64,000 bases of DNA from a virus, in the IMG/VR virus record IMGVR_UViG_3300037459_000157, positions 6,640-70,639 of that record; one strand, given 5' to 3'. This document shows positions 1 to 8,666 of the stretch, in pieces. Positions within the stretch are counted from its first letter, which is position 1. Every line of letters starts with the position of its first letter. The translations under genes and the position numbers were made by a program. The notes beneath the pieces were generated by a model, which was given only the letters and a program-made list of their open reading frames with translations, made no database searches and was not told where the DNA came from.

Positions 1-58
1 ACGTGATGGATGAGATGTTCGCACTGGTGCCGGAGGTGGGCAGTAAGGATGGTGGCTC

Positions 59-340
59 ATGAAGTGCCCCAAGTGTGGCGCCCCGCCCACGAACATGGTG
101 CTGACGAGTAACCCAGTTCAGTACCGATGCTCGCAGTGCGACTACGTCGGGACAAGAGGGCCGTGGATGGCACACGCCAAGCAGGCCCACGCCGAGCGAC
201 TGCAGGCGGCGAGGGATGAGGTGGAGGTAGCAGGGTCGAGCGTTCGGAATCTCGAATTAGGCTGGCGAGGTACTGAGAGGATTACTCAGCTCATAAAAGC
301 GCACATCGAACTCGCGTTGCTGGAGCGGGGTGGTGGGTGA
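59..340 (+). CDS. Small Zn-ribbon protein
   Basis: CPKC...CSQC motif; ATGA overlap with an upstream truncated gene. Confidence 0.6.
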   Translation: MKCPKCGAPPTNMVLTSNPVQYRCSQCDYVGTRGPWMAHAKQAHAERLQAARDEVEVAGSSVRNLELGWRGTERITQLIKAHIELALLERGGG

Positions 341-615
341 GTTTTGGATACGAGTACGGCGAGGATAAGCTCGGCTATGTCGTGCGCTTGGCAGTCTTGG
401 AGGAAGGCGGCTGGCGCGTTGAGATGGATGAGTCGCGCATGCACATGAAGCTGGTGCCGACAGTCGAGCTTGACGACGCTCAGAAGGATGTTGCGTTCCG
501 GGCGATTGAGAGGCTCGTCATGGATGGGTCAGTCAAGGTGCCGTATCTCGGCGAGCGCTCGCTGCGTGATGTGCTCAAGGTCGTGCAATGGGCTGTCAAA
601 TACGATACCCCTTGA
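337..615 (+). CDS. Hypothetical phage protein
   Basis: GTGA overlap with previous stop. Confidence 0.6.
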   Translation: MSFGYEYGEDKLGYVVRLAVLEEGGWRVEMDESRMHMKLVPTVELDDAQKDVAFRAIERLVMDGSVKVPYLGERSLRDVLKVVQWAVKYDTP

Positions 616-640
616 CACCCGCAGTGTCCGGTGGTAGGAG
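612..640 (+). promoter_or_regulatory. Sigma70-like promoter with overlapping operator GACAC-N5-GTGTC (614-628)
   Basis: TTGACA at 612-617, 17-nt spacer, weak -10 (TGG-TAGGAG); perfect palindromic operator. Confidence 0.55.
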
Positions 641-646
641 TAGGGG

Positions 647-931
647 GTGCTAATCAAACAGACTCGTGAGAGTGCTACATCTTTCTTAGCTAAGGATGTA
701 GTATACCGGCTTAGGCATAAGCCTGGTTACAATCCGACTACTATAGATAACCTGATACGCCGTGAGATTGATCGTGTGGGGAATGATATTATTGAGAAGG
801 TCTCGGAAGCTATGCATTCGATGATTGAAAGCATCTGCGATGGTGAGGGTAGCTCCGAGGTGGATATGCTCAGGCGCCGAGTGTCTGAGCTTGAGGACCT
901 GGCCTCGTTCGCCGAGGGGGAGGTGAAGTGA
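647..931 (+). CDS. Hypothetical protein
   Basis: ORF directly after promoter, coupled to next gene. Confidence 0.6.
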   Translation: MLIKQTRESATSFLAKDVVYRLRHKPGYNPTTIDNLIRREIDRVGNDIIEKVSEAMHSMIESICDGEGSSEVDMLRRRVSELEDLASFAEGEVK

Positions 932-1464
932 TGGAGAGGGGTCTAGATACTTCAGGGGAAGGCATCGCACGGGTCGATCGACGGATAACGCTAATCCATA
1001 AAAAGTTCCGGAGCGGCGATTTTGCAGCCGCTGACCGGCTCGAAATGCTAGATATCGAGCAGGCTCACGCGGGCATGGCGGCCTCGGACGAGCCCCATTC
1101 GGAGCTCGACACGCTGATGATACGCATCTGGATGCGCCTGTATGCATTGAGAATGGAGCGGGCGATCATGGCTGCCCAGCCCACAGAGCGGACCTATAAG
1201 GGCATCTGCCTGTGGTATCGAAGGGGGGTCCAGAACAGGAGGCGCAAGGCTGAGGCGCGGGCCCTAAGGGATGTTTTGACATCTATATCTATGCCCCTTG
1301 GCGACGGGATATTGCGGACCATCACCGCACAGAGGCACGCCGAATCGGCGTGCCATACACCTAGCGGCCATGATTGGAAGTCGACGAGCATCCCGCTCGT
1401 CAGTATGAGCGAGGTTCCAGACGCGTATTTCAAGGCCGGGCGTAATCCGTTGGAGGCGAAGTGA
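928..1464 (+). CDS. Hypothetical protein
   Basis: GGAGG RBS; start/stop overlaps at both ends. Confidence 0.6.
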   Translation: MMERGLDTSGEGIARVDRRITLIHKKFRSGDFAAADRLEMLDIEQAHAGMAASDEPHSELDTLMIRIWMRLYALRMERAIMAAQPTERTYKGICLWYRRGVQNRRRKAEARALRDVLTSISMPLGDGILRTITAQRHAESACHTPSGHDWKSTSIPLVSMSEVPDAYFKAGRNPLEAK

Positions 1465-1745
1465 TGGCAAGCGAATGGACTAAACGAGGGTGGAGACGTC
1501 GGTCGGAACTAGAGCCGGGTCAGAGTCTCATGAGGCCAGAGGTGGAAATCGAACGGCTTGAGAAAGAACTCGCCGCTGCACTGGGGCGGGTGGGTGATTT
1601 AAATGGCCAGCTCGACCAAATTCACGACGAGGCCGCCGAGCTCATGGACATGCTTTGTCAGCACATGCGCGTGTCTCCGGAGTCGATTCAGGCGACGGTG
1701 CGAAGCCGGCTCAAGCCCATTGAGAGCAAGGAGGGCGGGGCGTGA
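1461..1745 (+). CDS. Coiled-coil accessory protein ending ESKEGGA
   Basis: Coupled ORF, heptad pattern. Confidence 0.65.
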   Translation: MMASEWTKRGWRRRSELEPGQSLMRPEVEIERLEKELAAALGRVGDLNGQLDQIHDEAAELMDMLCQHMRVSPESIQATVRSRLKPIESKEGGA

Positions 1746-2041
1746 GTAAGGACTATTACATTCTCGATGCGCGTAGCTGCGTGGGAAACTGCGCCCTGTG
1801 GTGGGGCCCCGACGGTAAAGGTTATGTTTGCGAATTGGACAAAGCCGGGCTTTACACGCTGGAGGATGCGAATTCGCACCGAGCAACAGACATCCCGGTT
1901 CACCGCACCATCGCGGAAAAACGAGCAGTTCGACACGTTCGTTGGGAGCCGCTCCATTCGGCCGGTGTTGGAATCTATGACGCGCAATCCGGGAAGCGTC
2001 CAGTCGTGCTTCCGGCTGAGAGCAAGGAGGGCGGGGCGTGA
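1742..2041 (+). CDS. Phage hypothetical protein (W..DGKGY...L.KAGLYT..A type)
   Basis: Bounded by junction repeats; motif of a kind common in phage accessory proteins. Confidence 0.7.
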   Translation: MSKDYYILDARSCVGNCALWWGPDGKGYVCELDKAGLYTLEDANSHRATDIPVHRTIAEKRAVRHVRWEPLHSAGVGIYDAQSGKRPVVLPAESKEGGA

Positions 2042-2505
2042 TGCGAACTGCAAAATCCATTTGGGCAGAACTGCACCAACTTGAACGACGTGTGACCGGG
2101 CTCTCCGAGGCTTTCCCGCCACGGAAGAACCGTTCCGGGTGGCCATCCTTGAACGCGATGTTTTTCGAGATTCGTCGACTCGCCAGCCGAGAGGATACGC
2201 TTAATCGAATCGCGGAGCTTGCAGGCGTGGAGTATGCTTCAGACAACTCAATCACGGACAACAGCGACCTAATTGTTGAGCGTGGGGTTGCGGCCATGCG
2301 CGAACGGGTCGCGGAGCTGGAGGGGGAGCGGGACAAGGCACTGGCTGAGGTAAAGAAGCTCAGAGCGGATGTTGAGCGTGGACGCGATATAATCCAAGAG
2401 GTTCGACGGAGCGGCGGTGAGCTCACGGTTGTCATGGCGTCGTATAGCTGGGCGCGTGGTCATGACGATCTCAGTGTGGATTTGAGCAAGGAGGGCGGGG
2501 CGTGA
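2038..2505 (+). CDS. Coiled-coil accessory protein
   Basis: Bounded by junction repeats. Confidence 0.65.
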   Translation: MMRTAKSIWAELHQLERRVTGLSEAFPPRKNRSGWPSLNAMFFEIRRLASREDTLNRIAELAGVEYASDNSITDNSDLIVERGVAAMRERVAELEGERDKALAEVKKLRADVERGRDIIQEVRRSGGELTVVMASYSWARGHDDLSVDLSKEGGA

Positions 2506-2870
2506 GTAGCGATGAGCTGGACACCCTGCATGCGTTTTTCCTGACTATTCGGGAGAACAAGCACACTCTCAGTCGCAAGTGCCTTGTGCAGACCCTGGCT
2601 GCGCTTACGGAGCTCGCCGGGCTGCGGGCCCGCGTGTCGGAGCTGGCGGGGGAACGCGACGCCGCACTGGGGCGTGTGGAGGAGTTGGAGGCTCGGCTTT
2701 CTGACCGAGATGCTGAGATTAGGATTGCGTGGTCTGGCGAGGGGGCTGAGCTCAAGGCCAGGCTCCACACGCTAGAGACCGCCGTCCGGTCTGTGCGGGC
2801 CTACGGTGGGTTGAACTGGGACGATGGTATTCCAGAGCTGTACATGCTGGTGCCAGAGGTGAAACCATGA
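2502..2870 (+). CDS. Coiled-coil accessory protein
   Basis: Coupled ORF; shares ELxGERDxAL segment with the previous gene. Confidence 0.65.
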   Translation: MSSDELDTLHAFFLTIRENKHTLSRKCLVQTLAALTELAGLRARVSELAGERDAALGRVEELEARLSDRDAEIRIAWSGEGAELKARLHTLETAVRSVRAYGGLNWDDGIPELYMLVPEVKP

Positions 2871-3163
2871 ATGAAATGAACCCAAGATATCAGCCTAAGA
2901 CAATTACGCAGAAGCTAGGGTATCTCGCGGAGGAGAGCGGGGAAGTCTTGGCCGCGGTTGGCAAGACGCTTCGATGGGGGCTTGATTCGTGGAATCCTGA
3001 CGTACCTGAAAGCGAGCGAGAGACGAATCGGGACTGGTTGATACGTGAGCTACAGGACCTCAAGCGGGCCATATCGATTATCGAGGATGAGCTCCTGCCC
3101 GTATCGCCACGCGATACGCCTAAGAATCTATTGGCCGACGAGAGCAAGGAGGGCGGGGCGTGA
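2867..3163 (+). CDS. MazG-like NTP pyrophosphohydrolase
   Basis: LAEESGEVLAAVGK...RELQDL fits the EExxE...ExxD MazG pattern. Confidence 0.7.
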   Translation: MNEMNPRYQPKTITQKLGYLAEESGEVLAAVGKTLRWGLDSWNPDVPESERETNRDWLIRELQDLKRAISIIEDELLPVSPRDTPKNLLADESKEGGA

Positions 3164-4434
3164 GTGACCACAAGTGGGAGAAATTCAATCCTCATGGACC
3201 GTTGTGCGAGTCGTGTGGAGTTGCCAAGGGCACCATGTATGCGGAGATGCCATGCCGACTAGGGGTCGATGATGCGCTTGAGTGCGCGCTGGCCAAGGTC
3301 GCGGAGCTGGAGGGGGATGCTGTGACGAACTGGGGCTTGTCACTTGAGCTGCAGCGACAGGCCGCCGAGCTCAAGGCCCAGCTCGACCGGGTACGGCTGG
3401 CACTGTTCAGCGCAGCGCAAGGTGCAATCATGGACGAGTCCTGCGACCAGCGTGAACTCGTAGTGCTGGCAGAGGAGGTCCGCGACACGATGATTTCTGT
3501 CTGCGGCACGATGGGCGAGTACTTTGACGAGCGATGGGAGGTCATGGCGGGGCCATATGGAGACAACAACGACGCGCTCCCGTACGGCGCCACGGAACTC
3601 GTGGAAAAAATTGCAGAGCTCCAGGCCCAGCTCGGCCGGGCGAATGAATTCACGAAGAATCAGACAGCGGAGATTGATTCTCTCCTGACCCAGCTCGACC
3701 GGGCGATCAGTGAGTCAGCTCGATGCGAGGAGCACACGGAGCGCTGCGAAGACGAGCTCGATTGGTGGCGCAAGAGTCATTGCGATGACAGGCCCCCGGC
3801 GGATATCTGGGAAGGGGCGAGCCGGGTTCGCGCGACCAAGCCCCGGCCGGACGAGTGCTACAAGTGCAAGGTTACGCTTATCGACTCAAGGACTCCGGAA
3901 GCACGCGTCCCACGATGCTGGGAGTGCCCAGAGCCTGAGTCGATGGAGGAGGTTGACGCTGCGGGTCCGACCAAGCCCCGGCCATCCCTTGTGCCGCAGA
4001 ATGGGGACTGGGCGGCCGATGATGTGTTCGTCGCGTGGCTGGCTGGAGCCCGAGGCATGACTGTCGACACTGTTCGTCAGGGGACTGACATCCTCGGCGC
4101 GCGGGACCTATTGTGGGAGGGATGGCAGGCTGGCAGGACGGCTCAAGCCAAGCCCCGGCCGATGCCCGAGGCGCCGTCGAATACATGGCTGCTGCTGAGA
4201 GTCTCCTATGAAGAGTCCAGCCAGCCATTGGATGTACGCAAGGGCGTCCCCGGCCGAGAGGGCAAGCGGGTGTGGATTGATGAGTCAGGCATACCAGGGG
4301 CGCCAGACTCCGCATGGGCCGAGTGGTGGCCATTGCCGACCACCGCACCCGGCGGGAGTGAGTGGCCAGAGCACGGCGAAGGATGGTCCGACGAGGCCAT
4401 GCTTGCCGGCGGGAGTGGGGAGCCAGATGCCTAG
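3160..4434 (+). CDS. Mosaic accessory protein with coiled coil, Cys motifs and a C-terminal DUF551-like module
   Basis: Three internal KPRP repeats; ends with WAEWWPLP-type motif. Confidence 0.65.
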   Translation: MSDHKWEKFNPHGPLCESCGVAKGTMYAEMPCRLGVDDALECALAKVAELEGDAVTNWGLSLELQRQAAELKAQLDRVRLALFSAAQGAIMDESCDQRELVVLAEEVRDTMISVCGTMGEYFDERWEVMAGPYGDNNDALPYGATELVEKIAELQAQLGRANEFTKNQTAEIDSLLTQLDRAISESARCEEHTERCEDELDWWRKSHCDDRPPADIWEGASRVRATKPRPDECYKCKVTLIDSRTPEARVPRCWECPEPESMEEVDAAGPTKPRPSLVPQNGDWAADDVFVAWLAGARGMTVDTVRQGTDILGARDLLWEGWQAGRTAQAKPRPMPEAPSNTWLLLRVSYEESSQPLDVRKGVPGREGKRVWIDESGIPGAPDSAWAEWWPLPTTAPGGSEWPEHGEGWSDEAMLAGGSGEPDA

Positions 4435-4801
4435 GCGCATGAGCTTCGCACTCACAATCCCGCAGTTTTTAGACGGCTCCAAGACCGTGACGCGGCGCAT
4501 GGGGTGGCAGGGCCTCAAGGTCGGCGACGAGATGATTGCAGTCGAGAAATGCATGGGGCTCAAGAAAGGCGAACGCCAAGTCGAGCTCGGGCGCTTCGTG
4601 GTGACGGGTTGCAGGCGGGAGGCTCTCGACGCGATGGACCAGGACGAGGTGAATAGGGAGGGTTTCCCGGATATGTGCTGCTCTGAGTTCTTCGACATGT
4701 TCTGCCGTGCGAACCGATGCACCCAATGGGACGTCGTGACTCGGATCGAATTTCGGAAGCTGCCCACCCCCGGGCTGAGGGGTGGCGTGTCGAAATCTTG
4801 A
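4427..4801 (+). CDS. ASCH domain protein
   Basis: MSFALT..QFLDGSKTVTRR..W, REGF and VTRIEF motifs; ATG at 4427. Confidence 0.8.
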   Translation: MPRRMSFALTIPQFLDGSKTVTRRMGWQGLKVGDEMIAVEKCMGLKKGERQVELGRFVVTGCRREALDAMDQDEVNREGFPDMCCSEFFDMFCRANRCTQWDVVTRIEFRKLPTPGLRGGVSKS

Positions 4802-5398
4802 CAATAGACCCGGTACCGGTTTACATGTAGACACCCCATCGATGGAGTGCTAGGCTCCGAGCATGGTCAATCACTGGGCAATGGAAACCCCGAGGCCGCA
4901 GCAGTTCAGCCACCATCGCATATTCGACTCGGACGCACCCCAGTCAGCCAAGGTGCGATTTGAAGCGATTTGCGATGCCCTGGACTTCGACATGGACCGG
5001 GCCATGTGTAAGGAGGATGTGCGCCACATGATTCAGGCGCGAGGCTCTGAGGAGGACCAGGCGCTGATACGTGAGTTGCGGCAGAAGCTTGGGCTCACCA
5101 AGAACTCGACAGTGCTCACGGCTCTGCGGATAGGACTAGGCACAATGAAGAATGAGATTGCACCGACCGGGCTGAGGGGTGGGGGATGATGGATATGAAT
5201 GCCGAAATGTGGGAGCTCCGCGAACAGTTACTGAAAGTTGAGGCTGAGCTAAGTCGAGTACAGTCAGCCCTCGACAGTCAGGGCAAGCACCCGGCTGCAC
5301 CACATGAAGGCGTGTGGGTGTGGATAGGCCGGGCGGTGCGGGCTGAGGAGAGGCTCGATGAGCTGGGCGAGCTAGACAAACTGCGGGCTGAGGGGTGG
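4771..5398 (+). repeat. Gene-end direct repeat CGGGCTGAGGGGTGG, 3 copies (4771-4785, 5168-5182, 5384-5398)
   Basis: Identical 15-mers near the 3' ends of three consecutive genes. Confidence 0.9.
4863..5189 (+). CDS. Hypothetical protein, possible ribbon-helix-helix-like C-terminus
   Basis: LIRELRQKLGLTKNSTVLTALRIGL; preceded by TTGACA (4798) and palindromes. Confidence 0.5.
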   Translation: MVNHWAMETPRPQQFSHHRIFDSDAPQSAKVRFEAICDALDFDMDRAMCKEDVRHMIQARGSEEDQALIRELRQKLGLTKNSTVLTALRIGLGTMKNEIAPTGLRGGG

Positions 5399-5416
5399 GG
5401 AAATAACGATGGATGA
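5186..5416 (+). CDS. Hypothetical protein
   Basis: Coupled ORF. Confidence 0.55.
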   Translation: MMDMNAEMWELREQLLKVEAELSRVQSALDSQGKHPAAPHEGVWVWIGRAVRAEERLDELGELDKLRAEGWGNNDG

Positions 5417-5594
5417 ACCGGCTACAATAAACGAAGTTATCGGAGATTGTGTCGCACTTGTGATGGTAGGGTGCGCAATGGGATACTTTGTGTTCCAGCG
5501 ATTGGCCCTCAGCAACATTTCGACAGTCGATGAAATAACGAAGTGGATGGGCGATCTAGACGGGCGCCTGAAGCGGGTTGAGGATGAGGGATGA
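5409..5594 (+). CDS. Small membrane protein
   Basis: One hydrophobic segment. Confidence 0.55.
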   Translation: MDEPATINEVIGDCVALVMVGCAMGYFVFQRLALSNISTVDEITKWMGDLDGRLKRVEDEG

Positions 5595-6058
5595 GCTGCA
5601 GGTGGATCACCTGTCCCCGGTGTGGCAAATGCAGCTGGGTACAGCCTCACTCAAGCCCGTTTCTGTTCATCGAAAGAGAGTACTGCTCTTTCGAATGTCT
5701 GTTCGCAGACGAAGCGGACCCACGATCTGCGTACGTACGGCCATCGGGCAAGCATGTTGACGACATACGGAGCTGGTACATAGAGATGGAGACGACGGAG
5801 GGCCTCGAAGTATGCAAGTCTGAAGGCATACGGGCGTTCGACGAGTCGTCCGCGAGGAGTCGGGCCCACACTCAAGCCCTTAGGGCATGGTGGTGCGACG
5901 AAGGTGGACCCAAGTTCCAGGGCTATGTCGAATTCACCGTATGCATCGGGTTCCCGTCGAAGAACATGATGCGAGAGCAGGCGGAGACGAGGTGCGGTCG
6001 GTTCCGCCAGTGGTGGAACGGCAACCGTACGCATTGGTGGGCCGTGGATGAAACTTGA
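5591..6058 (+). CDS. Cys-rich hypothetical protein
   Basis: CPRC...YCSFEC; ATGA overlap. Confidence 0.55.
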   Translation: MSCRWITCPRCGKCSWVQPHSSPFLFIEREYCSFECLFADEADPRSAYVRPSGKHVDDIRSWYIEMETTEGLEVCKSEGIRAFDESSARSRAHTQALRAWWCDEGGPKFQGYVEFTVCIGFPSKNMMREQAETRCGRFRQWWNGNRTHWWAVDET

Positions 6059-6073
6059 AGAGAATGGGAAGAA

Positions 6074-6274
6074 ATGACGATACTTGAACTAGATCTCAAC
6101 AAACATGAGCTGCATATCATAGTTCCGACCTGGAACAAGCGTGATGTCGCAGATGATTTGTGCCTAAAAGCCCTGGTGGCAGAGGTTGCCCACCTTCCTG
6201 GTGGACCGAGGCTTGATGAGAATGGCGGCTTGTATTGGCTCAGCGATTGGACTCCACCGCGAGGAACACCATGA
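6074..6274 (+). CDS. Hypothetical protein
   Basis: Fits operon, overlaps next start. Confidence 0.5.
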   Translation: MTILELDLNKHELHIIVPTWNKRDVADDLCLKALVAEVAHLPGGPRLDENGGLYWLSDWTPPRGTP

Positions 6275-6615
6275 CCGACAGACCAAAGACCATAGGCGAC
6301 TACGTCGAAGAGCAGGACCCGCGACCCGAGGGCATAAGCGCCCGGATTCAGTGGAAGGGCACGGACATCTGCATGGACTTCGAATGCAAGTGTGGGCACG
6401 GGTTCCACGTCGATGGTGAGTTCGTTTTCTATATAAAATGCCCTGGCTGCGACGCCCTCTATGCGATGAGTCCACAGATTCGAGTCGTCGAGGTGCCGGC
6501 TGAGTTCACTGAGGAGGTGACGAACGGCGGCCTGCTGTGGGTCGAGGATGAACCGGACGAGGAGCCTGCGCCCGACCAAGGCTGGTCGATGAAGAACGGG
6601 GTGTGGACATCATGA
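6271..6615 (+). CDS. Zn-ribbon protein, paralog 1 (IQWKGTD.CMDF.C.CG)
   Basis: CKCG...CPGC; near-identical motif in 6975-7292. Confidence 0.75.
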   Translation: MTDRPKTIGDYVEEQDPRPEGISARIQWKGTDICMDFECKCGHGFHVDGEFVFYIKCPGCDALYAMSPQIRVVEVPAEFTEEVTNGGLLWVEDEPDEEPAPDQGWSMKNGVWTS

Positions 6616-6911
6616 CCGACTGGGCCGCCGAGGCGGTGACGCGTGGGGAGTTCTATACGGCACTGATACTCATGGGGCTTCAGATCGGGCTGTGCTTCAA
6701 CCGTCAGAGGATTGACATCGAACACAGCCCTGGCAAGTACGTGGCTCAGCTTGCCGTGAAGCGACTGGGCGAGACGGACACGATGCTCAGGCAGATTCGG
6801 GACCGCCTACCGAAGGACAAACCCGTACGCATCGCATGCTCGAAGTGCGGCACGGTCGACAGCGACATGATGCATGCCGAGTGCTCGACGTGTTGGCACG
6901 ACAGGGCATAG
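6612..6911 (+). CDS. Membrane-anchored protein with C-terminal CxxC-CxxC
   Basis: Hydrophobic N-terminal segment; CSKC...CSTC. Confidence 0.55.
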   Translation: MTDWAAEAVTRGEFYTALILMGLQIGLCFNRQRIDIEHSPGKYVAQLAVKRLGETDTMLRQIRDRLPKDKPVRIACSKCGTVDSDMMHAECSTCWHDRA

Positions 6912-6937
6912 GCGCCCGACCCACATAACAATAGGCC

Positions 6938-6965
6938 TTGACACCGGGAGTGGCGGGTGTATAGA
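6938..6965 (+). promoter_or_regulatory. Sigma70-like promoter with operator GACAC-N5-GTGGC (6940-6954)
   Basis: TTGACA, 16-nt spacer, TATAGA; shares TTGACACCGGGAGTG with the 58.28 kb site. Confidence 0.55.
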
Positions 6966-6974
6966 GGGAGGGAG

Positions 6975-7292
6975 ATGGCAAGTGAGAAGGCGACAATCTA
7001 CGAGTACATCCAAGAGCAGGACCCTCACCACGAGGGCACCAAGACATTTATTCAGTGGAAGGGCACTGACGTCTGCATGGACTTTCACTGCAAGTGTGGA
7101 CTGCACATGCACTTCGATTGCGAATTCCTCTACTTCGTCCGATGCTCAGGCTGCGGCACTGACTACATGATGAGCTCTCAAGTCATGGCAATCGAGACCC
7201 CGCCTCACCTCGCCGAAGAGGTTGCGGCCATGGGGTGTCTATGGACGGACGCTGGCGAGGATGACAGTCAGGCCGAGCGTGTGAACGATTGA
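6975..7292 (+). CDS. Zn-ribbon protein, paralog 2
   Basis: IQWKGTDVCMDFHCKCG...CSGC. Confidence 0.75.
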   Translation: MASEKATIYEYIQEQDPHHEGTKTFIQWKGTDVCMDFHCKCGLHMHFDCEFLYFVRCSGCGTDYMMSSQVMAIETPPHLAEEVAAMGCLWTDAGEDDSQAERVND

Positions 7293-7316
7293 CCCCACCC
7301 ACACACGCCCACCACC

Positions 7317-7348
7317 AGCCCAGTCGCCTAGCTGCGGTCTGGGCTTTT
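7317..7348 (+). terminator. Possible intrinsic terminator
   Basis: AGCCCAG...CTGGGCT stem followed by a short T run. Confidence 0.4.
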
Positions 7349-7355
7349 GGGGTGT

Positions 7356-7676
7356 ATGGACCACGACAAGATTGAACAAGAGGTGAAGCGAGAGAACGAC
7401 CGCAAGCACGAGCGCGAGGAGTCTGCGGCGAAGCGCGATCATGAGCTGAAGATGAAGAGGCTAGGCCGCAGTGGGGTCGGAGTCACTGAGTTCGTCTGGT
7501 CGCTGATAGGCGTGGGCGTCTTTAGCTGGATTGCTGTCGGGTCAACTTGTCATCACATCGGCAAGAGCGGCGCCAGGAAGACTGATATCGATGCCATGGA
7601 TATGAGGCGCGAGCGCAACAAGTGCCGAGAGAGGCTCGACAACATGGCCGCCCGCGCGGAGAAGGGGGAGGGGTGA
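7356..7676 (+). CDS. Membrane protein
   Basis: Central TM segment flanked by charged helices. Confidence 0.6.
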   Translation: MDHDKIEQEVKRENDRKHEREESAAKRDHELKMKRLGRSGVGVTEFVWSLIGVGVFSWIAVGSTCHHIGKSGARKTDIDAMDMRRERNKCRERLDNMAARAEKGEG

Positions 7677-7912
7677 TGGCCATCAAGCATGTCAGCCAGA
7701 CACACCCTGACGACTCTGTTGAGGTCAATCAGAGCCTGAGCAGTGTCGTGATTTCTATGACTGAATCAGACATGCTCGCGTGTGTATGGCTTAGCGCTGA
7801 GGATGCCTTGGTATTCGGCATGGCCATAGTTGCGGCAGCAGAGAAGGCAGCTGAGGAGCTGAGCAAGGTGCATGGCCGGATGGCAGAACAGGTCAGGAAG
7901 GACCCCACCTAA
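7676..7912 (+). CDS. Hypothetical protein
   Basis: TGATG overlap with G/A-rich RBS. Confidence 0.55.
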   Translation: MAIKHVSQTHPDDSVEVNQSLSSVVISMTESDMLACVWLSAEDALVFGMAIVAAAEKAAEELSKVHGRMAEQVRKDPT

Positions 7913-8109
7913 TGGCCAACGACCGAGTCATGCTCCGCTGCAAAGTCTGCGGCGACCGCTTCCCCCTGCTGAGCTACCTGCCGCTGCGCCTGAGCTTCGT
8001 GTTCGACGAGCTCGGGGCGTGGCTGACCAAGCACTGCGAGGAGTGCCACGGGGATGTGCTGACGCTTGACCTGGATTGTGACCCTAGATTTGTGACGGAG
8101 ACTGAATGA
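7912..8109 (+). CDS. Small Cys/His protein
   Basis: CKVC...HCEEC; TAATG overlap. Confidence 0.6.
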   Translation: MANDRVMLRCKVCGDRFPLLSYLPLRLSFVFDELGAWLTKHCEECHGDVLTLDLDCDPRFVTETE

Positions 8110-8318
8110 TGACTAGACTGATTCCAATACTTCTACTTGTGCTCACTGGCTGCGACCGTCCATCGAGTCCAGCAGCTAAGCCGTGCACGGAGCTAGCGGG
8201 CGACGCCGAACGGACATGGGTGCTTGAGTGCATCAAGGCTGACGCTGCGCCTGCTGGGTTCAGCGACGGGGTAATGTGCAGCAGCGCCGGGTTCCGACTG
8301 TTCGGGAGGTGTCGATGA
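8106..8318 (+). CDS. Putative lipoprotein
   Basis: Signal peptide with LTGC lipobox. Confidence 0.55.
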   Translation: MMTRLIPILLLVLTGCDRPSSPAAKPCTELAGDAERTWVLECIKADAAPAGFSDGVMCSSAGFRLFGRCR

Positions 8319-8641
8319 AACACGACGAACTGAGGCGGCTTGCGATTCGGTTGGCGCGGCGACCATTCGAAACCGGTGGAATCAATCACGAGCGTTGCAG
8401 CAGCTGCAATGAGTTTGGCGAGGTCAATCCGCATGACCCCATCTACGCGCTGGAGCACAAACCCAACTGCCCCATCGCCGCGCTTGAGGCGGAGGAGGCT
8501 GCAGGCGCAAGCGTCATCACACTGACGGGCGAGGGTTGGACCAAGGTCGACATGCAGTGGGATGGCGTGCAGCGCGAGTGCTGGGTTCAGTTGGGCAGCA
8601 TTGAGGTGAAGCCCGCGGGCAAGTTCGAGGGGGAGTATTGA
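8315..8641 (+). CDS. Hypothetical Zn-binding protein
   Basis: CSSC...H..NC; GGAGG RBS. Confidence 0.55.
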   Translation: MKHDELRRLAIRLARRPFETGGINHERCSSCNEFGEVNPHDPIYALEHKPNCPIAALEAEEAAGASVITLTGEGWTKVDMQWDGVQRECWVQLGSIEVKPAGKFEGEY

Positions 8642-8666
8642 TGGCCGAGGGCGTGGGGCGCTTATA

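Larger units (their letters stand above)
1722..3163 (+). repeat. Gene-junction direct repeat GAGAGCAAGGAGGGCGGGGCGTGA, 4 copies (1722-1745, 2018-2041, 2484-2505 [22 nt], 3140-3163)
   Basis: Identical copies; each contains AAGGAGG and a GTGA stop/start overlap. Confidence 0.95.

Noticed and set aside
1722-3163. 24-nt repeats as a CRISPR array
   Set aside because: Spacing is about 300-660 nt, the intervening DNA is whole genes, and there is no cas operon
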